DNA of 64,000 nt, from IMG/VR virus record IMGVR_UViG_3300033146_000857, positions 1 to 64,000 of that record; one strand, written 5' to 3'. Under the pieces are notes generated by a model. That model made no database searches. It saw nothing but the letters and a program-made list of their open reading frames with translations, and was not told the DNA's origin. Position numbers and translations under genes: made by a program. How positions within the stretch are numbered: position 1 is the first letter of the stretch; the number at the start of each line of letters is the position of its first letter. Source of the DNA: a virus. Positions 57,701 to 64,000 of the stretch are shown piece after piece.

Positions 57701-60219
57701 TCATAGAGCTGACTAAATAGGCTTTTATAAAAAGTGGTTCCAAGTTTATCTTGCCCAGGTGATGAGGTCATTCCTAACGCTTTTCCTAGATTAACTAATT
57801 TTAGTATTTCTGAAGTATTTGCCTCTTTACTTCTAACTTTACTTATCAGCCTCTCTAGGGCTGTTTTTGACTGTAACTTTCCATTCTTGTCTCTAGTAGT
57901 ATCTTTCTTTAGTAGCTTTTCTAGCTCTCCCTTGCGTATACCTTTAGTTTCAGCATCTCCAGTTAGCACACTGTCTAAATAACTATCTTCTGGACCACTA
58001 TTAGTAGTTAGTTGATAACCAAGGCTATTTGTGTCACTATCTTTCATGTGAGTTATTTCTTTTTCTATCTCAAAAGAGTCTAACCCATAGCCTTCAAGTT
58101 TTTTCCTTTGCTTATCATACTTAGCATCATCGGCCATATTTTTTAAAGACTCTTTAGATCCTAGTAGTCCATATTCTGAACTACTACTAATCTCAGTAGC
58201 TTTATTTAGTTCATCTTGAAATGTAACTACTCCTGAAGGTGAAGAAAAGGAATTCTCCATAGTTTTAGCTATTTGAGGATTAGCTGTTGTAAAGCCGTCT
58301 TCTATGGACCCTCCTATAGAGGTTAATAATCTACTGTATTTTCTTTTAAATAAAGTTGGATAGGCGCTATCAGACACATGCTTCAGCCTTCCAGTAAACA
58401 TTAGATCTTTTTGTAATGTTTCAAAAGTATCTTGGTCTAGCATCCCGCCTATAGTTTTGAAAGTTTTGTCTAACTTCATGTCTTTAAACTTGGTTTTGTT
58501 ATTTTGTCCATAACCCATTATGTTATTCAGAAGTTTCTGCTCAGGACTAGTAGTTACCCTTCTTCGACTATCTTCGTACTCAGCTCTCTTAGCTCTTACT
58601 ACTTTTGATAGTATTGACTGCATGAAATCTTTTCTAGTATTTCCTTGTAGATTGGTCATTCCTTCTTGTAAGAAAGGTTCAAAACCTTTAGGTATCCCAT
58701 TCTTTAGTATAAAAGATGCTGCTTTGGCTGGATTATCCATTGTGTATAGGTTTAGTAGTTTTTTAACACTAGAACTATCTTGACCAAAAGTTTTTACCGC
58801 TTGTCTAAGTGCTCCCTTATGGTTTATGCCTAGACTATTGCTATGTTTTACATCCTTAGCTCTTTGACTCATGTTATGGATTGTTCTAAAAGTATCTTGT
58901 GTAGGTCTATTATTATCTCTTGTGTTAAATATCTCTTCTTTCATACTGTCTGTTAAACTTCTACCAGTAAGTTTTTCTAGTTTATTTATCTCAGCTAGCA
59001 TAAAAGAATTTTCTCTTATTCTAGACCCTTTTCGCCTGTCTAGTTTTATGTCAGCCATCTCTCTAGTGGGTAATGCTTTGTATACTGACACCTCATCGTC
59101 TATTATGTAGTCTTCAAAAGAAGTCTTAAAATCTTTTGAGCTAAGTCTGCTTATATGTTTAAAATCTCCAACTGTAGTAGCTTTTAACTTTGCAGTTGCC
59201 TCATCTGGTGACATACCACTAGTTAGTTCAGAGGCTATTTTACGAAGTTCATTCTGGTATCTAAGTTTCATACCAGCTTGATCAGTCTCAAATTTGCTTA
59301 GGCTGACTCCCAGGTTAGCTGTTCTATATTCTGTAGGTGAACCAATATTTTTTAATAGTGGTAAATTTCTAAGAACTGGAGACTCTCCTTCAAAAGAATT
59401 TCCTAAGTTATTTAAGGTTTTTTCTAAATTTTTATCTAAAGTTCCTCCCAGGGACACAGTTGAAAGACTAGACTCCTTTTCTCTATATCCCACCCTCTGT
59501 CTATCAGCTTGGGCTATTCTTGTTATGCTCTTAGAACCTTTTGGACTAACAAAGGATATATTGTTCATGTCTTTGTGCATGTGAAGTAATGACATAGCTA
59601 ACTTACTTGGTTTAGTGGTATCAAAGCCTGTTGTTGTTGGAATTATAAACTGCTTGGTATCTCTGTTATAAACAAAGCTATCCGCAGTTTTTGCTGCCCC
59701 TCCACTAATTGGACTACTAAGTTGTCTTACTTCTAAGCTCCCGTCAAAAGACCCTGGAGTACTAAGACCCATTTTCTCTATAGTACCTCTTATTCTATTT
59801 TTTAGCTTATGTGTAACATTTCTAGCTTGTGAGTCTGTTATGTTATAGCCTGCTATGAAGCTTTTCCAACTTTTATCAAAACTTTGAGGCTTTTTAACTT
59901 GATGGATGATAAAATCATTAGCCATTTCATCAAAGTTATTTCCTATGTCTAGATTACTAAGTAATTTCTTAGTTCTCTGAGCTGTACTGTTTACTCTCTT
60001 TGGATAGGCCGCGGCTGAAAACTCTTCTAATTTTTCTCTGCCCTCTGAAGGGCTAAATAAATGTTTAAGATCTTTATTGGTGGTTATATGTTTGTACAGA
60101 CGTGCTTTTGTTTTATGTATCTTCTTTGATACTGCGTCTAAAGCTTCAGAGCTATCTGGAGCATCTGGGCTGTTAAGTTCAAGGTTTAGTAAATCATTTA
60201 TGTCATCTATATTAGGCAT
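48778..60219 (-). CDS. tape measure protein (3813 aa)
   Basis: TP901-type core (TTKFSASEI..A..LGQAG, ..GTGQR) near aa 1890-2150, a hydrophobic Gly/Ala segment and 11-aa periodic repeats; follows the chaperone genes. Confidence 0.9.
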   Translation of the reverse strand: MPNIDDINDLLNLELNSPDAPDSSEALDAVSKKIHKTKARLYKHITTNKDLKHLFSPSEGREKLEEFSAAAYPKRVNSTAQRTKKLLSNLDIGNNFDEMANDFIIHQVKKPQSFDKSWKSFIAGYNITDSQARNVTHKLKNRIRGTIEKMGLSTPGSFDGSLEVRQLSSPISGGAAKTADSFVYNRDTKQFIIPTTTGFDTTKPSKLAMSLLHMHKDMNNISFVSPKGSKSITRIAQADRQRVGYREKESSLSTVSLGGTLDKNLEKTLNNLGNSFEGESPVLRNLPLLKNIGSPTEYRTANLGVSLSKFETDQAGMKLRYQNELRKIASELTSGMSPDEATAKLKATTVGDFKHISRLSSKDFKTSFEDYIIDDEVSVYKALPTREMADIKLDRRKGSRIRENSFMLAEINKLEKLTGRSLTDSMKEEIFNTRDNNRPTQDTFRTIHNMSQRAKDVKHSNSLGINHKGALRQAVKTFGQDSSSVKKLLNLYTMDNPAKAASFILKNGIPKGFEPFLQEGMTNLQGNTRKDFMQSILSKVVRAKRAEYEDSRRRVTTSPEQKLLNNIMGYGQNNKTKFKDMKLDKTFKTIGGMLDQDTFETLQKDLMFTGRLKHVSDSAYPTLFKRKYSRLLTSIGGSIEDGFTTANPQIAKTMENSFSSPSGVVTFQDELNKATEISSSSEYGLLGSKESLKNMADDAKYDKQRKKLEGYGLDSFEIEKEITHMKDSDTNSLGYQLTTNSGPEDSYLDSVLTGDAETKGIRKGELEKLLKKDTTRDKNGKLQSKTALERLISKVRSKEANTSEILKLVNLGKALGMTSSPGQDKLGTTFYKSLFSQLYDLQANYDYNKDWNTVSTSNQGTSGKFIAQAKIAEDYAKGQGTSNLGGLKGSSGRVRFNHWNGENYKDDWAWQKRNALVQALSRNKIGYASEMADFYTLENEQIKTQHPEQLKRLRGPQTELSKEASGKYTELKSLTKEEYIQANKVESLIRAHGGIANVPFDDIDSLQLGKSLFENRHPEDYIVPTNPGLIDKDTYKTKKYKGSYLRKIEYEQQANSARGKKEQLKAATESLGLEGMSDRDQMGRFVTKYSRVMQKLQAIGPSMGVDRVQIPIMAKAIASMAKDLHKDPIQQAAALRVIDQVNSYTQRLTDGKEAKTLKRVWKDPKKTIANMYRKALRQNTKETFKGMTPYLDSNLEYSTNEIRQISSAFNHGLNERLAKTGLGEYHTKSKANHVLGESYSEELNERIGQINIEDKYKKRAVRGKMVSMEELINSEETSALRPGREGVNKKAGTLSDETLAKHKTQASSNTKLDPTVVTNTDELFKERKTREDRNKLDKINLEKEKRLKKRESFNDYFKANYQPEATKETLDRAYAKFNSLVTETKASKNTRLEAIKLSNVKEELKDVSKQTAFKRKQQFLRTLLDDEDNLIYNNWHRVLPQAKYKSLKGKIPFRSRGVLKFAKGGFIPGKSTKDEVPALLMKGESVLNQKTTKSLGITDKASFDRFQSAAAEGKFSKYETGGLVTGWKDWTEQVKKDKSKYTFRPLDLDPNDMLNDVTKLMDNYLSESEKKEDLIASQKKKNGDKGKTTENKSKADAKQNINETLEQAGREQISSYSEIVGEGDIKGHLRGKRLIDPKNISTHSDRRQSVSNINQSAMFMTAGTKQQKELFKLQKDLIVSAFEENNPAKAVIEEVFNSGIAGETVKQTTVDKYNKLSGTEKNAVSNQLGSSIATQELSKVFKPLKDLSKEINALNENLEPVRKLTGLNEKEFTKKYGTKLSLDKKQIASLSADIGKAKTYQTKGAGETTQVLGALGHIQSIDQELNNSQQSKDKLNATRDVYSGKKNLQAQAANRVDNFKEQMMNNAVFMGSYAALGAGTALITGTLGSAVEFQDRLKNLQAITGSSSTEMGLLTDSVKKVAVTTKFSASEISDAATILGQAGYTANSISGSLGGVVKLATATGSSLEDSTQTITSALTIWDKSFSESEVVANQFTAAVNKSKLDINSLGLALQYSGNIAAQGNIPVEDVLTLTSLMKDAGIKRGSTLGTGQRMLFSDIIAPSAKFAKSLKAANISLKDFNKVFNDEGVIGVFKFMKDSGYTFQHATRGMEVRERTAYAAISNQIDKADAFRSSIIGTSAAEDANEIQLSSTKNRFKNMINSWSIGFYSQLESSLDGSGDLFKQLTLEGDVKKKPMYAKSKEDYLESFRPPEGETSGLMLGLTAAGIYGANYLSKGSLSTGVGLAGITAGDKMAKMAPGLTKSLGEAVGKLTPSIKTFTGFVGKWTSKIPKLPALAVLTTAAQSWSLGKKAYEETENEDVESSVFWASMLKAAPSIIGGVLAGAGATMAGATGLGIPVAAVLGSLSAGMISEGLGVNDSIDRSVALSAEKDAGFNSQQVFEHMATTAEAYSELQSNLGKTYAGISKDKALVLKKTKNTTDLSGEELKSVLAENSEIEAGNAQKNLISRKKALEMEKQYSSEIADLNNYLDENFSFIKGLDLAGNNQKQLLKNIQEFKELSAKANTTSVKDNFLSGLKLYSVAKQEEVDKVTNKASVESILLTGALPKAIAKIVRLNPIAATENKQNFDQAISDKAISFNNKTKDKDKLSDKELKSVITNMQKSYKHLANVAVLATNDLEILGQVQKDIASNGKESVFYANRKEISERTDTVLADKGGYTKLLSDKGELENLADKLGKVMQVPLKQMDSQIRSTFTSLNRSLGGDLSEFANKLAADTFTNDQSFSKSIGDTFASVLDDRLGGDKQYRKLLSQADPDKLHKQVLSNEDPEAVKTAGGVTMLKPMEELATKLGKMDIAKLTAISDFVDNLSLERDITKAKDLKNYRFAEGLNRTLRNANIAKDSFKTVSSMSTSDIVNMTDRSGLANNMSEDYRNRQTLTKQIAIKNLDIRTANIKEAKIRQVAFQQQELNISARNKREDAVRQYRFNLDKLNLNTDRSRRDVTINRVSSERNLRRDVGFSGQKIGRSKEYSVEDLGISKERKVEANNRNYNRNIQALDRSVQNQQASALLNYARSLKQVGINFRRSVADLKTSTNQARHDARKNYARQVNDLNRNYGRTLAAINRAIADTNTLFSRNLQKPVVLTVNADTLLGLADKMSNISLAMDANKAKLSENTSAIKQWININKTKEDLVKEAYKEAYKVAGGDVNSEIFNKTYLDYMDKNSDKLIDVIVDQGVTKAQAGFSFDATRALTDPEYMKEMVAAPETAPTAASAATGNSVSIEQLVDLLYGAANGAYRTTTTVGDVTGAKGEMGAALFDLQTAMLKYDLSIRDAGIKLAYDLQDAHRKYSRDLSDIATQFNRNMTKLSLDFQRALEDLSIKLAESMQDIQINKDIKTEELGIGKSFGLEDIARGFEQGIEDINRNTARQLEELGISFSENMTKIADSVRDSFRQIAIHAADAKADLARALSFNLEGMEINSDRLSAALGRQLTEMLNTLAIDVEQSKEALEQSQIDAVALATFDAIAMANKYEESFRDSMKVATFDAVILQQKIEDSIQTTLQKVDVNTENINDKMQSVFQNLFNNEMLQKVANDLGATTAEQLIAGLEKGTIKLKDIKENLVKRLSKTSDETSKAVVDLVDKTGEKTTQAIKNKNFYKPMAAELTKQADWLTRSLKTSTLSINRGFSSVGRDVTKGANEAARTMTRSVSQAMASLNRDLARARAASARAARTIAASSNIAGHSSSVGMSTGGVLPGYGGGDRRPTLLEDGEAVVRKETVRALGADYFNGLNKSTMSIPKVNINTISSSNNQVSQDSGNNFNITIPVAPDASLASIERNLPMIANGVKKVFEEYL

Positions 60220-60220
60220 T

Positions 60221-60804
60221 CTACCCTCCGATTAAAAAGTTTTCAAAACTTGCAAAACCTGCTTCAGGGAGTTTCTTCTTATTAGTGCTCTTTTTACTAG
60301 AGTCTAACTTATGCCCATTTGCTTTTGCTGTCAGTATAAACATATCATATAGGTTTGAGTTGGTAACCCTCAGTCTAAGCTGGGAGGCGTGAATTAAGCT
60401 ATCCTTAGTTAGTATAAAAGCTACTTTCATAAGGTCTACTTCTCTAAAGTCATACAGCCATAAAAAGAGATCATTTAGGTCTAAGTCTGAGACGGTTTCT
60501 ATGATTTCGAAGCTGTCTCCTCCATCCTCTGATTTATCTTCTTCGTTCTCTCTTGGTTTTGGAAAAAAAAATCTGTAAAATAGTCTGAGACTTCCTCTAA
60601 GTATTCTTTACACTGCTCCATACTAAGACTGTCTGTATTAAAGGGTAAAGTTATTTTGCCCAGATCATCTCTTGGTGATAGTACTATTTGTAGTACTTTT
60701 TCATCAAAAACCGGATCATAGAATAATCTTGCAAAGTTGTCTTGGTCTTCTAGGAATAAAGAGTATAATTCTCTGTGCAATCCCCAGGTTATTGTTAGTT
60801 TCAT
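60221..60804 (-). CDS. tail assembly chaperone G-T fusion made by a -1 frameshift
   Basis: T9 run (GAT TTT TTT TTC, 60563-60571); the -1 frame is open through to and in frame with 60221..60430. Confidence 0.8.
60499..60804 (-). CDS. tail assembly chaperone (G-like)
   Basis: Between the major tail and tape measure genes; AGGAG RBS. Confidence 0.8.
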   Translation of the reverse strand: MKLTITWGLHRELYSLFLEDQDNFARLFYDPVFDEKVLQIVLSPRDDLGKITLPFNTDSLSMEQCKEYLEEVSDYFTDFFFQNQERTKKINQRMEETASKS

Positions 60805-60858
60805 AGTTGGCTCCTATTAGTATTAGAAGAGACCAGGAGCCATGGCCTCATCTAATAC

Positions 60859-60884
60859 TAATAGTGTCCCTAAGGACACTATTA
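60859..60884 (-). terminator. stem-loop after the major tail gene
   Basis: taatagtgtcc-ttag-ggacactatta, 11-bp stem. Confidence 0.6.
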
Positions 60885-60893
60885 TTTTGTTGA

Positions 60894-61727
60894 CTAGCAC
60901 CCTGCACTAGACAGTTTCTTAGCCAATCTTCCCATTGGGAATTTCTTGATTAGCGCCTTTGTTACAGCATCTGCACCAAACTTACCACCGTTAATATCAC
61001 AAGCAGTTGGTTGTAAAGGCTCTATTGTAAACGATAATGCACCAAAAGCATCAGTAGTTGAAGCTACCTCAGCTGAGCCAGAAATTGTACCTTTCCAAAT
61101 GTCATATACGAATGGACTATTATCAAGAGGCATAACACCAACAACTTGAATAGTCAATGGTGGAACGTTATCTTCAGAACCAAGTTTAATAGCTGTTACT
61201 TTAGCTACCTTGAAATCTGCTGAAACACTTCTAGGAATGTTCTGAGTAAATGTTAAAGTGTTAGCCGCGATAGAACCTATCTCAAGAACAATAACATCAT
61301 CAGGAGCATATTTATCATAGACATAGACTACATCATCAGCTAAAAAGCCTGTTGCGTCTGCTATTGTTAGTTCCATGCCAGGTGTTGCCACATCATAAGG
61401 TGTTGATACAGTAGACTCAGCCGAACTTGCTGATACTGCCTCTGCTAGAGCTGCGTTATCACCATAGATCATTGCGAGGTTACTGATACTATACTCATTC
61501 AAGTTTCCTTCAACTGTCATCTCTCTAGAAGTTACTGCTGTCGCATAAGTCTTCTGAGGAAAACCTGCTTGAAGTTTACTTTGGTTAGTAGTCATAGATA
61601 CTTTCGCATCTTGTAAAAGACCAATAGTGTCTTCAGGGCCTAGTTTGCCGGCTTTTGACAAATCGCTTGAAACACGAATGTCTAAATCGCCCATGAAAAA
61701 TTCTTGGGTCTTTGCTGTGTTAGCCAT
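60894..61727 (-). CDS. major tail (tube) protein
   Basis: Tube-like beta pattern with an inserted Ig-like segment; canonical position. Confidence 0.75.
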   Translation of the reverse strand: MANTAKTQEFFMGDLDIRVSSDLSKAGKLGPEDTIGLLQDAKVSMTTNQSKLQAGFPQKTYATAVTSREMTVEGNLNEYSISNLAMIYGDNAALAEAVSASSAESTVSTPYDVATPGMELTIADATGFLADDVVYVYDKYAPDDVIVLEIGSIAANTLTFTQNIPRSVSADFKVAKVTAIKLGSEDNVPPLTIQVVGVMPLDNSPFVYDIWKGTISGSAEVASTTDAFGALSFTIEPLQPTACDINGGKFGADAVTKALIKKFPMGRLAKKLSSAGC

Positions 61728-61773
61728 ATTTTATCCTTTATAATTTTGTTACTCTAAGTTATTAGTTGTTAAG

Positions 61774-62250
61774 CTAGCATAGATGGCCTATAAAAGTGAT
61801 CTTCAAGGAATTAAAGTTACTCTGTAATTGACCAGCACCAAGTGTTTCTTGTTCTAGGTCTTGAATAACCAGCTTAGTTCCAGTCGGGTTCAAAACTGTA
61901 GTTGTTGCTTCAAGTCCTGCTGCTTCATAAATAGGTATTGCTGAGTATTTTTTATAGAGTACTTCAAAGGCTGAAAATACTTTTAATGTTAGCATAGCAT
62001 TCAAATCTTTTGTAGTAGCGAACGAAGGAACTAAGTTATAGACTATAGTATTAAACTTATTCTTCTCAGTTTTTGACTTTTGCATTACCACTATCTTATC
62101 CGTTTCAGTGTCTAAAAGCGCTGCTGTAGCCTCAAGAGACGTCGTACTTGTAAAATCAAAGTCTGGTAATGAAGAATCACTCTTTAGTTCTTGGATAAAT
62201 GTATTGAATAGATAGTATAAACTAGCTACTGCGTCTATATGTGTTGCCAT
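61774..62250 (-). CDS. putative tail terminator
   Basis: Size and position upstream of the tail tube gene. Confidence 0.5.
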   Translation of the reverse strand: MATHIDAVASLYYLFNTFIQELKSDSSLPDFDFTSTTSLEATAALLDTETDKIVVMQKSKTEKNKFNTIVYNLVPSFATTKDLNAMLTLKVFSAFEVLYKKYSAIPIYEAAGLEATTTVLNPTGTKLVIQDLEQETLGAGQLQSNFNSLKITFIGHLC

Positions 62251-62846
62251 TATTGCTCCCTAGTTACTTGTAGTACAGTAGCTCCAGAGGTTACTCCTAG
62301 AGTTTTCTGTTTATATCTTAGTCCTTGGTAATAAACTATATAGCTTTTGTTAAGCTTTATAGGTAATCTTGTTGGTATTAGAAAAATTAACCTTGTAGTG
62401 TCTACTACTTGGCTTGTATCTGTAGCCAGACTATCTTTCACGTGTACAGGAAAAATACCATCTATAATATGTAGGTCATCACCATCAAGCTTATCTTTGT
62501 TGCCGTCTGTAGTCATAACTACTGACCCTCCGATAGCATTCTTAGAAGCAATTATTTCTCTAAGATGAATAAACTCTGACATAAATAAAAGATCATAGGC
62601 CCACTGATGTTTACTCTGAGGTTCTATGAGTCTTTTATATACTAGATACTTTTGACCTTCAACCTCTATATACCGTCCTTCTAGGTCCGGATTAGTCTTA
62701 GATGTAATAAAAAGCTGTATATTATTGGCAGTTGTCGTGTCCTGCTGTAAGCTGTAACGCAAATGAATTTTTTTGTTAGTATAATTGCTACTTACAAAAA
62801 AATCCACTTTTTTCTGAAACCTAGACCTAACTGATCTTACATCCAT
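62250..62846 (-). CDS. putative head-closure protein
   Basis: Synteny only. Confidence 0.45.
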   Translation of the reverse strand: MDVRSVRSRFQKKVDFFVSSNYTNKKIHLRYSLQQDTTTANNIQLFITSKTNPDLEGRYIEVEGQKYLVYKRLIEPQSKHQWAYDLLFMSEFIHLREIIASKNAIGGSVVMTTDGNKDKLDGDDLHIIDGIFPVHVKDSLATDTSQVVDTTRLIFLIPTRLPIKLNKSYIVYYQGLRYKQKTLGVTSGATVLQVTREQ

Positions 62847-62849
62847 AGC

Positions 62850-63254
62850 TTATCCTTGAGTCACTGGATCTACAGCCGCTGGTACTACGGTTAATAGCTC
62901 ATAGTCTGCTGTTCCAGTATCTGGGTTCTCAATCTGAGCTACAAAGTTATCTGCATGTTCAAATAGTCCTTCTATAGAATCAAATCTAGTGAAAGAGTTA
63001 AAGTTATCTTTCATTGTCTTTGGCATAGCAATAAGTATAGCTCTTCTAAGTAAAGAAATAGCCTTATAGGCCATATAGTCTAGTTGTGTAAATGCTTCAG
63101 TTGTAGGATTATCTTCGTCTAGTTCGACAACGGTCTCGAAAAACCGTTGTCTAAGTAGTTTGACCTTTGGTATTATCTTAGAGTTATCTAAGATATCATC
63201 TGAAAGCTCTGCCTCAGTTAAGCCACAGAGGCTTCTGATGTAATCATTGGTCAT
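62850..63254 (-). CDS. putative head-tail adaptor
   Basis: Helical 134-aa protein (IRSLCGLTEAELSDD) downstream of the capsid gene. Confidence 0.55.
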   Translation of the reverse strand: MTNDYIRSLCGLTEAELSDDILDNSKIIPKVKLLRQRFFETVVELDEDNPTTEAFTQLDYMAYKAISLLRRAILIAMPKTMKDNFNSFTRFDSIEGLFEHADNFVAQIENPDTGTADYELLTVVPAAVDPVTQG

Positions 63255-63268
63255 GTTAGTCCTTTAGA

Positions 63269-63535
63269 CTATTTTGCAGCTTTGGCTATTGCTGCCGCTT
63301 TGGCTATTGCTGCCGCTTTTTTCTCAGCCGCTTTTTTCTCAGCGTCTGTAGGTTCTTTGACTGGTTCAGCTACTTCTACTCTAGCTGGTTCAGAAACTTC
63401 AACTATTAGACCTTCAGCGATTGCTTCACGTATAGTTGATGTAACTTTAACGTTCACGGCTTTTTTGCCATGGACTACTTTTCCCTGCTCTGCACAGTAT
63501 ACAACTCTTCTAGGATCTTTAGCTTTGACTCTCAT
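63269..63535 (-). CDS. small capsid-linked protein with Ala/Lys tail
   Basis: 88-aa ORF directly after the capsid gene. Confidence 0.6.
   Translation of the reverse strand: MRVKAKDPRRVVYCAEQGKVVHGKKAVNVKVTSTIREAIAEGLIVEVSEPARVEVAEPVKEPTDAEKKAAEKKAAAIAKAAAIAKAAK
63279..63344 (+). repeat. short tandem repeats (2x18 bp + 2x15 bp)
   Basis: gctttggctattgctgcc x2, then gcttttttctcagc(c/g) x2; encode the AEKKA and AAIAKA repeats. Confidence 0.85.
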
Positions 63536-63544
63536 GGCTTACCC

Positions 63545-64000
63545 CTAGTCTAGTTCAAGCATCATTATAGCATCATCAAAAATCTTAGAGATTTCGTCAG
63601 AGATACTAATAACTACGCTTGTGAACTGTTGAGTTATAATCTTTTCAGTTTCTTGAAGGTCAGTTCCAGCTTGAATAACTCTCTCAAGAGCATATCTTCT
63701 ATCTAGTGTTAGAATGAAGTCATCAGGAAGTGTATTGTCTGTGAATGGGAAAATTGTTACATTCTTCCATAAGCCTCTACCCATCTGAATTTCTTGAGTT
63801 ATTGGACCTCTTTCAAGTGCTGCCATCATAGCTACTGGATCAACATTTGGCTTCTCCATCATGATAATCTTAAGAGCTGTATCAACGCTACAGTAGTAAG
63901 TATCAGGCGCATAAGGAGCAAAACTTGCAGTCCACTTTAACCAAGCTTCATAGTTTAGTTTATGGTCTCCACTAGAAATAGCTGTAGATAATGTTGATGC
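63545..64000 (-). CDS. major capsid protein, 3' part (runs off the window)
   Basis: Position before the head-tail genes; C-terminal pattern LDRRYALERVI...ETEKIITQQF; frame appears to extend past 63862. Confidence 0.65.
   Translation of the reverse strand, partial: ASTLSTAISSGDHKLNYEAWLKWTASFAPYAPDTYYCSVDTALKIIMMEKPNVDPVAMMAALERGPITQEIQMGRGLWKNVTIFPFTDNTLPDDFILTLDRRYALERVIQAGTDLQETEKIITQQFTSVVISISDEISKIFDDAIMMLELD

Noticed and set aside
49418-59584. Many short + strand ORFs inside the tape measure gene and other antisense ORFs in the track
   Set aside because: They are shadow ORFs opposite long genes, with low-complexity Leu/Ser/Phe translations and no recognisable domains.
1-64000. Stop-codon reassignment suggested by frequent TAG
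   Set aside because: Genes are full length under the standard code and many end properly at TAG (e.g. 18212, 19477, 22890).

Overview
A 64-kb segment of a large, AT-rich tailed dsDNA phage, probably a siphovirus; no integrase, tRNA, CRISPR array or reverse transcriptase was seen. The + strand arm (1-28178) carries early/accessory genes and a replication and nucleotide-metabolism block: ligase, dimeric dUTPase, primase-helicase, SF2 helicase, sigma factor, SSB, 5'-3' exonuclease, PolA, ThyA-like protein, dCMP deaminase, DHFR, resolvase and Mre11/Rad50. The convergent - strand arm (28175-64000) carries the capsid 3' end, head-tail genes, major tail protein, a frameshifted chaperone pair, a 3813-aa tape measure, tail-tip genes, a lysis cassette and large appendage proteins. 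A Campylobacterota host is inferred from the dUTPase type and the -35-less promoters. The main oddities are: (1) a sensor kinase, stand-alone receiver, exported peptide and outer-membrane beta-barrel tightly coupled behind the holin/endolysin genes; (2) a ThyA homolog with the dCMP-specificity Asp, next to dCMP deaminase and DHFR; (3) a sigma-70 factor that stops before region 4.2, with a separate Cys-rich region-4.2 gene 14 kb away; (4) two paralog families with a constant N-terminus, a Cys hinge and exchanged C-termini. All calls are motif recognition by eye; no searches were run.
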